A stretch of 64,000 bases of DNA. It comes from Bacteroidota bacterium. Lineage in GTDB: Bacteria > Bacteroidota > Bacteroidia > JABDFU01. A program made the translations under genes and the position numbers. The stretch lies in contig JACPDY010000001.1 in assembly GCA_016183775.1 (NCBI GenBank), positions 2,190 through 66,189 of the forward strand. Reading direction: 5' to 3'. This document shows positions 54,711 to 64,000 of this stretch, one piece after another. The notes below the pieces were generated by a model, which worked only from the letters and a program-made list of their open reading frames with translations, had not been told where the DNA came from and ran no database searches. Every line of letters starts with the position of its first letter. Position 1 is the stretch's first letter.

Positions 54711-57700
54711 CTAATATATTATAACCTTTTTTACGATTTCATTTTTTGTATTTTTTAATCTAACCTGATAAATCCCACTGCCGGATGTTGCAATATTTAT
54801 TTGTTTGGAATAAATGCCGCTGAAGTCAGGTAATAATTCGCAGTAAACTAATTGTCCAAGCATGTTTTTTATTTCAATGGTATAGTTTGATAGAGCCGTA
54901 GCATGAACGTATATCGCAAAATTACCATCTGTAGGGTTTGGATAAATGTTCAGAAGAGGTATGTCAGAAAAGGAATCAATCCCTACAGTTGACATTATTA
55001 CGGGTGATGATGGTGCGGAAGAGCAGCCATTTGTAGTCACAACAACCGTATAACTTCCGTTCTGCGCCACAGTATGCGTTTGGTTGGTAGCCCCCGGTAT
55101 AGAATTTCCATTTAAATACCATTGATTTCCGGTAGCGGAACTTGATGTCAACACACTTCCCGCCTGCGAGATCACCGGTGTGGCAGGGATCGCGTTGATG
55201 GTCATTGTAACACCTGTACTTGTGGCTGTTACCGGGCTCGCGCAAGCAGCATTCGATGTGAGCACACAGGTAACAACCTGTCCATTGGTCAACGTACTTG
55301 TTGTAAATGTTGCGCTATTGGTGCCCGCATTAACTCCATTTATTTTCCACTGGTAAGCAGGTGTGGTTCCGCCATTGGTTGGCGCAGCGGTAAATGTTAG
55401 CGAAGTGCCTGCACAGGTCGGATTAGTACCTGTTGTTAAAGAAGCAGCGACATCAGGTGTTACAGATGAATTAATTGTCATTGTTACACCTGTACTTGTA
55501 GCAGTGGCCGGATTTGCGCAGATAGCATTAGAAGTTAGTACACAGGTTACAACTTGTCCATTTGTAAGAGTACTTGATGTAAATGTTGTGCTATTGGTTC
55601 CTGCATCAACTCCGTTTACTTTCCATTGATAAGCAGGCGTTATTCCACCGTTTGTTGGTGTTGCGGTAAATGTTACCAACGCACCGGCACATGCCGGGTT
55701 ATTACCCAATGTTATAGCAGATGAAACAGCAGGTGTTACAGATGGGTTGATTGTCATTGTTATACTGTTGGAGGTTGCAGGATTGCCCGTAACACCGGGA
55801 AGGTTCGAGGTCATTTCGCATGTAACTGCCTGTCCGTTTGTTAAAGTTGCAGTTGTATACGTTGGACTGTTTGTGCCTACATTGACTCCATTTACTTTCC
55901 ATTGGTAAACAGGTGTTGTTCCACCGTTTGAAGGGGTAGCTGTAAAGGTAACAGAAGATCCTGAACACGCAGGATTTACTCCTGTTGTTTGTACTACTGA
56001 AACAGCAGCGGCCATATTTGTTCCGGCAATAATTATATCATCCAGATATAAATTGTTGCCTGCACCTCCCTTATTCATAAAAATAAATATAGCGGTTGAA
56101 CTCGCTGCTACTGATGGTGGCAGGAGGTAGGCTTCATTGCGCCACTGTGTTGTCCCTGAAGGAATAAACGGAGATGTTGTGGTTCCTGCTACTGTAGCCA
56201 GCGTGCTGCCCCATTTTTTATATAATAGCCCATATGTTTTGCCGCAATCGGTGGAAACCAATACCAGCAGTGTATCTGCCGGATAACCTGTTTGGGGTTG
56301 ATATGCAACCTGAAATGATATGGCAGGATTGCTTGCTGTGGTAAGGTCAAGTACGGGGGTACTCATGTAATCTGTTGTCCCATAAAAAGGGTCATAATAG
56401 TTTAGCATGAGGGCACTGCGACTGCCTGAATATTTTGCAACAGTCGTTGGAGCCCATGTTAATTCCCCATCTGGATTGCTCAACCCCCAATCGGGTGGGG
56501 GGAAGGTTCCTTCAAAGCCTTCTGTAAAAGGCAAGGCAGCACCTGTTTGCACCACATTAATGGTTGATTTTAATGTGTCATTGCTTATAAAACCGTCAAC
56601 TCCACCGTTAGGGGCGGAAGTGTAAGCTGTAAACGTATGTTTCCCATATGCAAATGTTGTAGCCGGTAAAGTAACAGCAGTGGCAGAACCCGAAGCCAGG
56701 CTGCCTGTCCAGTTATGCACGGAGGGTGAATTATTATCCACTTTGTAATTTATTTTTAAAGAAGAGAGTGCGGAAGTTCCAACATTTCTGATCACCACCT
56801 GCATCGCCAGAGATGTAGTACATGTAGTGCCGGAACTAAGTCCGATCGGAGATGCATTTAGTGAAAACACAGTTCCTTGTGCACACTGCAGGGCAGCCAA
56901 CGCGTCAATTCGTCCTGTTCCCATCAATCCGGCATACGAGGGATTAAGCGCATCTATATTTGTTGTAGTAGACTTGAGACAATTAATAGCCTGCTCCTGC
57001 GTTAGGTTTGGATTTACCGAAAGTATCAGCCCTAGTAAACCGCTTACTGCCGGTGCTGCCATGGAAGTTCCGGTATAGCTGGTGTACGAATTTGTGGGTA
57101 TTGTGCTGTAAATACCAGTGCCGGGTGCTGAAACATCTACCCAGCTGTTATACGTTGAAGAGGATTCTTTAATATCGGAGCTGTTTGTAGCAGTAACACA
57201 CACTACATTATTCATTGCTCCCGGATATACTTTATTATTGATGCCGCTATTTCCGGCTACAGCCACAACAATAGAACCCCTGTTATACGCCCAGTCAATA
57301 ATGGCCTGCCTGGTTGTTGAATAAGAAGCGGAGCCAAAAGAACAATTAATTACTCTCGCGTTGTTTAATGCTGCGTAATAAATACCGGGTGTTGCACTGG
57401 TCATTACATCGGAAGCATCAGGTGCTGCTTTTACGCACATTAATTTTATGTTTGAACCTATTGAGGCAATTCCAATCCCGTTATTGCTTTTTGCCGAAAC
57501 GATTCCGGCCACGTGTGTACCATGACTAAAGCTTGTATTAGGAGGGTTAGGGTCATTGTTGCCATCAGCGAGGTCATACCCGTTAATATCGTCAATATAT
57601 CCGTTGTTATCATTGTCAATGCCGTCACCGGCTATCTCTCCCGGATTTACCCAGATATTCGGCTGCAGATCGGGGTGTGTGGTTTGTATGGCATTATCAA

Positions 57701-58220
57701 CTATGGCTACAACTATGTTCGCGTTTCCTGTGGAAATATCCCATGCCGCTGCTGCATTTATCTTGGCGAGTGACCATTGTGAGCCATAACTCGGATCGTT
57801 AGGTGTGAAACAGGCATAATCTTTTGGTTCCCTTTCCACATACTCCGCAATACCTGAGCCTTCAAGTCGTTCGAGTAGATCACTCACTTTGCTATGGTCA
57901 GCAAATTCAATACTTAGTATGCGGCTAATGTCATCTGATCCGGATTTATGAAAAGGAGATCGGACCCTTTTAATGGCATATTGATCTGTTATTCTTGAAA
58001 TAACAGGAACGTCCGATATTTTTATTTCATCCGAAACGGGACTAATAGTATGGGGTATTGTTTGGCCCGGCTTTAGTTTTAGCCATATTTTGCCTTCAAC
58101 ATAATCAGCTTGTATACTTTGTGCACTGCAAAGGGGTGTTCCGAATAATGTAAATAGTAATCCTAAAATAGTTAACATATTTACAAATGGGGTGCGGCTC
58201 GTGCTCGTATTTGCTTTCAT
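54711..58220 (-). CDS. Secreted subtilisin-family (S8) serine protease with type-A T9SS C-terminal sorting domain
   Basis: It has a signal peptide and the catalytic triad motifs VAIVDNAI (D), HGTHVAGIV (H) and GTSMAAPAVSG (S). There are three consecutive ~78-aa repeats (NP.C.G....FTA.P.NGG.TP.YQWK.NGV..GTNS..F....L.NGQ.VTC). The C-terminus IYPNPTDGNFAIY...GIYQVRLKN...VKKVIIY matches the Por_Secre_tail pattern. Confidence 0.92.
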   Translation of the reverse strand: MKANTSTSRTPFVNMLTILGLLFTLFGTPLCSAQSIQADYVEGKIWLKLKPGQTIPHTISPVSDEIKISDVPVISRITDQYAIKRVRSPFHKSGSDDISRILSIEFADHSKVSDLLERLEGSGIAEYVEREPKDYACFTPNDPSYGSQWSLAKINAAAAWDISTGNANIVVAIVDNAIQTTHPDLQPNIWVNPGEIAGDGIDNDNNGYIDDINGYDLADGNNDPNPPNTSFSHGTHVAGIVSAKSNNGIGIASIGSNIKLMCVKAAPDASDVMTSATPGIYYAALNNARVINCSFGSASYSTTRQAIIDWAYNRGSIVVAVAGNSGINNKVYPGAMNNVVCVTATNSSDIKESSSTYNSWVDVSAPGTGIYSTIPTNSYTSYTGTSMAAPAVSGLLGLILSVNPNLTQEQAINCLKSTTTNIDALNPSYAGLMGTGRIDALAALQCAQGTVFSLNASPIGLSSGTTCTTSLAMQVVIRNVGTSALSSLKINYKVDNNSPSVHNWTGSLASGSATAVTLPATTFAYGKHTFTAYTSAPNGGVDGFISNDTLKSTINVVQTGAALPFTEGFEGTFPPPDWGLSNPDGELTWAPTTVAKYSGSRSALMLNYYDPFYGTTDYMSTPVLDLTTASNPAISFQVAYQPQTGYPADTLLVLVSTDCGKTYGLLYKKWGSTLATVAGTTTSPFIPSGTTQWRNEAYLLPPSVAASSTAIFIFMNKGGAGNNLYLDDIIIAGTNMAAAVSVVQTTGVNPACSGSSVTFTATPSNGGTTPVYQWKVNGVNVGTNSPTYTTATLTNGQAVTCEMTSNLPGVTGNPATSNSITMTINPSVTPAVSSAITLGNNPACAGALVTFTATPTNGGITPAYQWKVNGVDAGTNSTTFTSSTLTNGQVVTCVLTSNAICANPATATSTGVTMTINSSVTPDVAASLTTGTNPTCAGTSLTFTAAPTNGGTTPAYQWKINGVNAGTNSATFTTSTLTNGQVVTCVLTSNAACASPVTATSTGVTMTINAIPATPVISQAGSVLTSSSATGNQWYLNGNSIPGATNQTHTVAQNGSYTVVVTTNGCSSAPSSPVIMSTVGIDSFSDIPLLNIYPNPTDGNFAIYVHATALSNYTIEIKNMLGQLVYCELLPDFSGIYSKQINIATSGSGIYQVRLKNTKNEIVKKVIIY

Positions 58221-58435
58221 ATTTTTTTTGGTTTAAATATTTTTTGGCTTATTTGTCTTTGTATTTTTCTGAAAGTTACCTTATAAGGCAGCTTAGCGCA
58301 ATAGGGGTTACCCCTCATTTTAATGTAAAAAAATCTAACTTCAACAGCCGGCCGGGTTGTACAACGGAACTCCGGAGAAGAGCATGGCTAAAATTTGCAG
58401 TAGAATAGTAAATTTTCCGAAAGGGCTCCTCTGAG

Positions 58436-58525
58436 GAATAGCGAACATCAGTACATTAGAATAACGAATGAAGAAGGTGAAAAATTAATTTTGTATTTTA
58501 CTTCGTTATTCTTCATTCGTTATTC
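58436..58525. repeat. Inverted heptamer-array element, GAANNNN family
   Basis: GAATAGC GAACATC ... GAATAAC GAATGAA GAAGGTG faces TTACTTC GTTATTC TTCATTC GTTATTC. It shares the unit GTTATTC/GAATAAC with 29933-30031 and lies in the divergent spacer between the protease and the histidine kinase. Confidence 0.8.
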
Positions 58526-58643
58526 GATCGATCGTTTTTTATTTTACTCCTAACAAAAATTGTAGAGCCGGAAAATCTAATAACCGCTGTTAGTTTGCAG
58601 ATAATGGCAGTTCCTTATCTTTACACGAAAGAGGACTATTCAG

Positions 58644-60542
58644 ATGATTTCATCCAATCGAATACTATTTTATCTATTTTCTTTTTTTATGAGTTTTAAT
58701 GCTTTAATTAAGGCCGATTCAACTCTTAGAGCATCTTTACCATTGAGTCCATTACCTTTCAATTTGGATACTCAGGAAGTGCGAAAATTTGTTGACAGTA
58801 CAATGAAGTGCTATCGGATAGGGCAATTTGAATCGGCAATGAAATATGTCAAATTGATTTCAATAATTTCTGAAAAAATAAACTATAGTGAAGGAAAGGC
58901 TCTCGCGGCAAGATGGACCGGATCCATTTATAGGGAACAAGGAGAACTAAATCTGGCTAAAGAACATTTTAAAAAAGCATTGAAATTATATGAAGAGATA
59001 AATAATTACAAGGGCATTGTAAAATTAAATAATATTTTGGGCGACTATTATTATAATATGAGCGACTTTACTATTTCGCTCGAACATTATATTAAAGCAC
59101 TGAATATAAATGAATTTAAAAAGGATATGGATGGGCTTTCGATTTCATACAACAATATTGGTCGAATATACTACTCTCAGGAAAACTATGATATGGCTTT
59201 GCGTTATTATGCAAAATCTATTGAAATAAAAAAAGCGTTTCATCATAAAGCCAGCTTAGCCAATACATATAATAATGTGGCGCGAACCTATTTAAAAATG
59301 CTCCGGTATGATTCAGCCTATTATTATTTTGATCAAGCCTGGATTATATACAATTTGACCGGAGAAAAGGTCGGAGAAGCTGATTCTCACATGTCAATTG
59401 GAAATGTGCAATACGAAACAGGGGACTATTTAAGTGCAATTATTTCGCAGAACAAAGCACTTAGTATTTATGAAACAAATGGTGATTTATTAAGGATCGC
59501 TATTTGTCAACTTGCACTGGGCAAAGCCTTTTTTAAGTTACATGATTTAAAAAAGGCGGAGACTTATTTTAACAAAGCATTAGCCGGGAGCATTAAATAC
59601 AAGTTAAAAAAAACTGCTATGGAAGTTTATTTGAATTTAGCACATCTTAAGGATGCCGAAGCAGAATACAAACTGGCACTCGGGTATTATAAACTATACT
59701 CCGAAATGAAAGATTCTATTTTCAAGGAAGAAACAAGGAATAAGATCATTGAAATAAATGAAAGGTACGAGAATACAAAGAAAGATAAAGCCATTGCTGA
59801 ATTGAACCAGGAGAAAAGCAGAATAATTGCAGAAAATAATTTAAAAACTATTGAGCGGGAGAACAGGACAAAAATACTTTTCACTATTATGTTATCTCTT
59901 TCCATAATGCTTTTGATCTTTTACAGATTTCTCAATATAAAACAGCAAAAGGAAAGGCAAAAGGAATTTACAATGCAGTTAATTGAATCGCAGGAAGATG
60001 AACGCAAACGGATATCGAAAGATCTGCATGATGGCATAGGACAAAATTTACTTGTTATAAAAAATTCATGCAAAGAACAATTACCTTTAATAGAATCAAC
60101 AATTGAGGACTTGAGAAATATTTCAAGAAATATGCATCCTGTGCAACTTGAAAAATTAGGATTTATAAAGGCAACTGAAAGTGTTATCGTGGAAGCAAAA
60201 CAAAACAGCACTATTTTATTTACCTATGAACTGGATGATGTAGATGCAATGTTAACACCAAGCCGAAAGATAAATTTATTCAGAATAATTCAGGAATGCA
60301 TCAGCAATATTATTAAGCACTCCGGAACATCTGCCGCTAAAATATCCGTATTAATAAGCAAAAACAATATTGTAACTTCTATATACGACAAAGGAAAGGG
60401 TTTTGATATAAAAGAAACAAAAAAGAGAAAGTCATTGGGCTTAACTTCTATTGCTGAAAGGGTTGAACTGATGGATGGGAAATTAAATATCAGCAGTAAT
60501 AGTAAAGGGACGCGAATAGAAATAATACTTAAGCATGCCTGA
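58644..60542 (+). CDS. TPR-repeat sensor histidine kinase (HisKA_3 / NarL-partner type)
   Basis: N-terminal signal/TM, about 8 TPR-like repeats, one TM segment (ILFTIMLSLSIMLLIFYRF), an H-box ERKRISKDLHDGIGQNL and a HATPase_c domain. Confidence 0.88.
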   Translation: MISSNRILFYLFSFFMSFNALIKADSTLRASLPLSPLPFNLDTQEVRKFVDSTMKCYRIGQFESAMKYVKLISIISEKINYSEGKALAARWTGSIYREQGELNLAKEHFKKALKLYEEINNYKGIVKLNNILGDYYYNMSDFTISLEHYIKALNINEFKKDMDGLSISYNNIGRIYYSQENYDMALRYYAKSIEIKKAFHHKASLANTYNNVARTYLKMLRYDSAYYYFDQAWIIYNLTGEKVGEADSHMSIGNVQYETGDYLSAIISQNKALSIYETNGDLLRIAICQLALGKAFFKLHDLKKAETYFNKALAGSIKYKLKKTAMEVYLNLAHLKDAEAEYKLALGYYKLYSEMKDSIFKEETRNKIIEINERYENTKKDKAIAELNQEKSRIIAENNLKTIERENRTKILFTIMLSLSIMLLIFYRFLNIKQQKERQKEFTMQLIESQEDERKRISKDLHDGIGQNLLVIKNSCKEQLPLIESTIEDLRNISRNMHPVQLEKLGFIKATESVIVEAKQNSTILFTYELDDVDAMLTPSRKINLFRIIQECISNIIKHSGTSAAKISVLISKNNIVTSIYDKGKGFDIKETKKRKSLGLTSIAERVELMDGKLNISSNSKGTRIEIILKHA

Positions 60543-61191
60543 AATAAAAGTTATAATTGCCGACGATCATCCGCTATTCCGCTTAGGATTGGTGAGTGCT
60601 GTAAAACAAAGCAGTAATATAATTTTGTGTGGAGAAGCTGAAAATGGAGGGGAGGCTTTAAGTTTAATTCGTGTACATGAACCTGATGTAGCTATACTTG
60701 ACGTTGAAATGCCATTAATGAATGGATTGCAGGTTTGCGAAACGGTTTGTGCGGAAAAAATAAAAACCAAAGTCTTGATTTTAACCTTCTTTAAAGAGAA
60801 AGATTTGTTTGAAAATGCAATGAGTATTGGTGCCTGGGGATATTTGTTAAAAGATAATGCCATAAATGAATTGGTTGCTGCAATTGAAGCAATTGCTAAA
60901 GGGGATAAATACATTAGCCCTACTTTAAAAAGTAATTTAATAAAAGCAAAAAGTCATCTTGTGAATGATCCTGTAGTGGCTGAAATGATAAACAAGTTAA
61001 GTATTACTGAAAAGAATATTTTGCTACTCATTGCTGAAGAAAAAACCACAAAAGAGATCGCAGCGGAATTGTTTGTCTCTGAAAAAACTATCGAAAACCA
61101 TAGGTACAATATAGTCAGGAAATTAAATTTGGAAAGCGGCAAAAATAATTTGCTGAAGTTTGCTCTTTCCAATAAGGCATATTTTAAATAG
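60535..61191 (+). CDS. LuxR/NarL-family response regulator
   Basis: Receiver domain (IADDHPLFRLGL, phospho-Asp in ILDVEMP) and a C-terminal LuxR HTH (TEKNILLLIAEEKTTKEIAAELFVSEKTIENHRYNIVRKL). It overlaps the kinase gene by 8 nt. Confidence 0.9.
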   Translation: MPEIKVIIADDHPLFRLGLVSAVKQSSNIILCGEAENGGEALSLIRVHEPDVAILDVEMPLMNGLQVCETVCAEKIKTKVLILTFFKEKDLFENAMSIGAWGYLLKDNAINELVAAIEAIAKGDKYISPTLKSNLIKAKSHLVNDPVVAEMINKLSITEKNILLLIAEEKTTKEIAAELFVSEKTIENHRYNIVRKLNLESGKNNLLKFALSNKAYFK

Positions 61192-61385
61192 TGATCTTAC
61201 CCCTCCTTATTAACACACCGCTGTTTGTAAGTTAGAAACTGTATTCGTTTCCTAACCTTCATTTTAAAATAGTTTTGTAAGGATTTGTTTCAACAATGGT
61301 TGGACCGTTTGTTTGCGTGAATAAAAGATGCATTTAAATTAATGAAATTGTGTCAAAAATATTTTTAACGCGAATTTTTAAAAAC

Positions 61386-62693
61386 ATGACACGAAAAAAA
61401 CTAGGAATCGCATTAGTGCTGGTTTTTATCTGCAGTGTGGGGTATTCACAAGTCGTTCCGGCTACATTTGGTAAACTTCCAATATTAACAGGTGGTATTG
61501 GTGTCCTTATTTTTAACGGCGATATAGGTAATAACAGTGATCTTAGTTCCTATAGCAGGATCAGGGCCGGGTATAACCTTACAGTTGAACAGCGTTTTGG
61601 AAAGCTGATTGGTGTGGCATTCACAGGTGCGTTTGGTAAACTGGCTCAAAGTGAGCGTTCCAAAACAAGCAACAATAACTTTGAATCAAAAATTATGCAG
61701 GGCGATCTTAGCCTGGTTCTCCATACTGACAAGATCTTTGAGAATTCAAGCCTAACACCATACGTTGCCGCCGGAATTGGCTATCTCTTATTTGACCCGC
61801 ATGGTGATCTGTATGATAAGAATGGCTTGAAATATAATTATTGGTCGGATGGAAGTATCCGGGATAAAACAGAATCCCCCGTAAATATTCCAGTTGCAAA
61901 AACATTGCAGCGGGATTATACTTACGAAACCCAACTGAAAGACAGCACTACAAATTACACGCGCAGTACGTTAACCGTTCCTTTAACTTTTGGTTTTAAC
62001 TTTAAGATACTTGACAACTTCGAAGCCAGCCTTGGAGGAACATACTTCTTCACGTTTACTGATCATATCGATAATATTAAAGCGGGGAGCGGTAACGATT
62101 CCTATTTCTATACCCGTGTTGGTCTCAGTTATATTTTTGGTCATGGTGAAAGAACAGCTGATCCAAAGCGGTACGAAAACGTAGATTTTGGAAAAATTGA
62201 TGATGTTGATAGTGATGGAGATGGTGTAAAAGACATCCGGGATAAATGTGCGGGAACAGATAAAGGTGTTAAAGTTGATTCAGATGGCTGTCCGTTTGAT
62301 ACCGATAAAGATGGTGTCCCTGATCATTTGGATAAAGAAGCGAACTCCCAAAAAGGAGCTGTTGTTGATGCCAATGGTGTTACACTTACCGATCAGATGT
62401 TAGCAGAAAAGCAGGCAGCATGGGAGGCTGCGGCTGCCGAACGCAGCGAATCATTTAATGCAAATCCTTCACAGATGAGCATAGAGCAAATTGAAAAAAG
62501 TGCTCAGGAAGTCAGAAGTCAGTCTGGTTCCCAAAAAACTTTACCTGTTGAGTTTCAGTCAGCCGATTTTGATAAAAATGGTTTTATTACGGTAAGTGAG
62601 ATCAACCAGGTGGTGGATGGATTTTTTACCGGGGAGAATGATTTTACTGTGGAAAGGATCAATCGTCTGATTGACTTTTTCTTTGAACAATAA
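61386..62693 (+). CDS. Outer-membrane beta-barrel protein with thrombospondin type-3 (Ca-binding) repeats and a C-terminal EF-hand-like loop
   Basis: The ATG at 61386 gives the signal MTRKKLGIALVLVFICSVGYSQ. The N-terminal half has alternating beta-strand character. Then come DSDGDGVKDIRDKC...DSDGCPFDTDKDGVPDHLDKE (TSP3-type) and DFDKNGFITVSEI (an EF-hand loop). No OmpA_C domain is present. Confidence 0.7.
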   Translation: MTRKKLGIALVLVFICSVGYSQVVPATFGKLPILTGGIGVLIFNGDIGNNSDLSSYSRIRAGYNLTVEQRFGKLIGVAFTGAFGKLAQSERSKTSNNNFESKIMQGDLSLVLHTDKIFENSSLTPYVAAGIGYLLFDPHGDLYDKNGLKYNYWSDGSIRDKTESPVNIPVAKTLQRDYTYETQLKDSTTNYTRSTLTVPLTFGFNFKILDNFEASLGGTYFFTFTDHIDNIKAGSGNDSYFYTRVGLSYIFGHGERTADPKRYENVDFGKIDDVDSDGDGVKDIRDKCAGTDKGVKVDSDGCPFDTDKDGVPDHLDKEANSQKGAVVDANGVTLTDQMLAEKQAAWEAAAAERSESFNANPSQMSIEQIEKSAQEVRSQSGSQKTLPVEFQSADFDKNGFITVSEINQVVDGFFTGENDFTVERINRLIDFFFEQ

Positions 62694-62708
62694 CCAAACA
62701 ACAAAAAT

Positions 62709-64000
62709 ATGATCCGATATGCTGTTCTGCTTATAAACATGCTTGGTCTCTTCATCTATAATTTGTTTGTTGCAGATGGGGTAACAGTAACCCAGGCGGT
62801 TCCGGCTGAATTAAAACCCGGCAGTGAATATACAATTGAACTTACCATAAATAAAGGAGCCATAGGCGGTTTCGCCAAACTTCAGCAGGAACTTCCTGAA
62901 GGTATTACTGCGACTGCAGTAGATAGTAAAGGGGCTTCTTTCTCTTTCAGCGGCAATGCGGTTAAATTTATATGGACTTCACTTCCCGCTGAACCTGAGT
63001 TTAAAATAAATTATAAGATCGCTGTTGCCGCAAATGCCCCAACGGGCGAAAAAATGATTGCCGGAAAATTTTTTTATGTCACTGATAATGTAAAGCAATC
63101 CGTTGAGATACCTGAAAGTAAATTGAATATAAGTAACGGATCTCCGGTCGTATCAGCTAATGAAACAACCACCCCTGTCCCTGACACTCCTGATGAAACG
63201 GAAACAGATACCGAACAAGACGAAACGGAACAACCTCAAAATCTTGTTGAGCCACCAAAGGAAGAAGTTGTAAAGGAAGAACCCGAAACTCCGGCTCAAA
63301 ACAATACCGATAATAATACCCCGACAAATACTCCTTCAGAAACCGCAACACAAAGTGAGAAGAATTCTTCTGTGTCTTCTCCGTCTCCCGTAACCGGAAA
63401 TGGACTGAACTGTGTGAGAAAGATAACTGCAAGTGGAGAAAATGAATACACGGTGGAATTATTTATTACACGCGGTAATATAACCGGATTCGGAAAAATA
63501 CAGGAAAACCTGCCTGCCGGTTTAACCGCTTCTCCGGTGCAGGGCAGCGGATCATCATTTAGTTTTGCCGATCAAAAAGTGAAATTAGTTTGGGTCAGCT
63601 TCCCGACCGATGCCGAGTTTAAGGTAGTTTACAAACTTACCGGTACACCCGCTGCGAATTCATCCATTGACGGATTACTTTCATATATTGAAAATGATGA
63701 AACTAAAAAGATCATTATTGCAGCTACTCCCATTTCTGCGGGTGATCAGAATACAACACAGGTTAATGAGCCGGTCAAAACAGTTACAGATGAATCTCGG
63801 AATACAACAGCCGAAAGTAATCTCACAACACCTGTTGTTCCGCAGGGCCAGGCAAGTGTAAATTATAAAGTGCAGATATGCGCCCTCCGTCAGACTCCGG
63901 TTGAGGCCTCGTATTTTACAGCACGTTTTGGTTTTGGTAAAGTTGATACTGAATTGCATGAAGGTTGGTCAAAATATACGGTTGGAGGGTTTAATGAGTA
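62709..64000 (+). CDS. Protein with two copies of an unnamed ~100-aa domain, an acidic Pro/Thr/Glu linker and a C-terminal SPOR-like peptidoglycan-binding domain; 3' end outside window
   Basis: The frame is open from the ATG at 62709 to the window edge, so it is not in the ORF track. There are two repeats (E.T.EL.I..G.I.GF.K.Q..LP.G..A.......SFSF....VK..W.S.P...EF...YK). The end, VNYKVQICALRQTPVEASYF...GWSKYTVGGF, resembles SPOR. Confidence 0.7.
   Translation, partial: MIRYAVLLINMLGLFIYNLFVADGVTVTQAVPAELKPGSEYTIELTINKGAIGGFAKLQQELPEGITATAVDSKGASFSFSGNAVKFIWTSLPAEPEFKINYKIAVAANAPTGEKMIAGKFFYVTDNVKQSVEIPESKLNISNGSPVVSANETTTPVPDTPDETETDTEQDETEQPQNLVEPPKEEVVKEEPETPAQNNTDNNTPTNTPSETATQSEKNSSVSSPSPVTGNGLNCVRKITASGENEYTVELFITRGNITGFGKIQENLPAGLTASPVQGSGSSFSFADQKVKLVWVSFPTDAEFKVVYKLTGTPAANSSIDGLLSYIENDETKKIIIAATPISAGDQNTTQVNEPVKTVTDESRNTTAESNLTTPVVPQGQASVNYKVQICALRQTPVEASYFTARFGFGKVDTELHEGWSKYTVGGFNE

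Noticed and set aside
1-64000. Integrated mobile element, prophage or defence island
   Set aside because: No integrase, transposase, phage structural gene, restriction-modification gene or known defence gene was recognisable. The only classic accessory module is the RelE/ParE pair at 16895-17378.

Overview
Chromosomal window from a Bacteroidota-type genome. Supporting evidence: a textbook type-A T9SS C-terminal sorting domain on an S8 protease, a Wza/Wzc polysaccharide-export pair, mutL-rhomboid-rhomboid synteny, no obvious Shine-Dalgarno sites, and mid-range GC with AT-rich spacers. No rRNA, tRNA, CRISPR array, transposase, integrase or phage gene was seen. About 30 ordinary genes are present: mutL, two rhomboids, mtaB, lgt, an IMPase, a GH3/beta-lactamase fusion, an SSS transporter, asnB, GT4, wza, wzc, rfbC, a WecA-like transferase, a lytic transglycosylase, uvrA, a LOG-family protein, a TPR histidine kinase with a LuxR-type regulator, and an OM barrel/SPOR pair. 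Two things stand out. (1) Six paralogous giant secreted proteins sit at three loci: 699-3698, 5453-9514, 23096-26392, and a head-to-tail triplet at 41125-54429. Each has a conserved N-domain, SBBP-type beta-propeller blades, +/- PKD, and SprB-type repeats. All six end in the same 68-aa Cys-rich CxGCGCKEW...NGCSVNV..P module instead of a recognisable T9SS CTD. The triplet shows mosaic similarity, and its first copy is cut at the 5' end and lacks a signal peptide. Each locus has a divergently transcribed helical/TPR-like gene next to it: two orphan ~500-aa paralogs and one TPR sensor kinase. (2) The window is littered with small periodic and palindromic DNA elements. Some are ~35-nt arrays of five imperfect heptamers (GTTTCAR/GGGTTCM, TGAGATN, GAANNNN families). 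These occur as inverted pairs in spacers and as single arrays inside the giant-protein reading frames. Two short palindromes each occur once in a spacer and once inside or overlapping a CDS; one of them is an in-frame 7-codon insertion. A RelE/ParE-type TA pair lies next to what looks like the remnant of a deleted gene.
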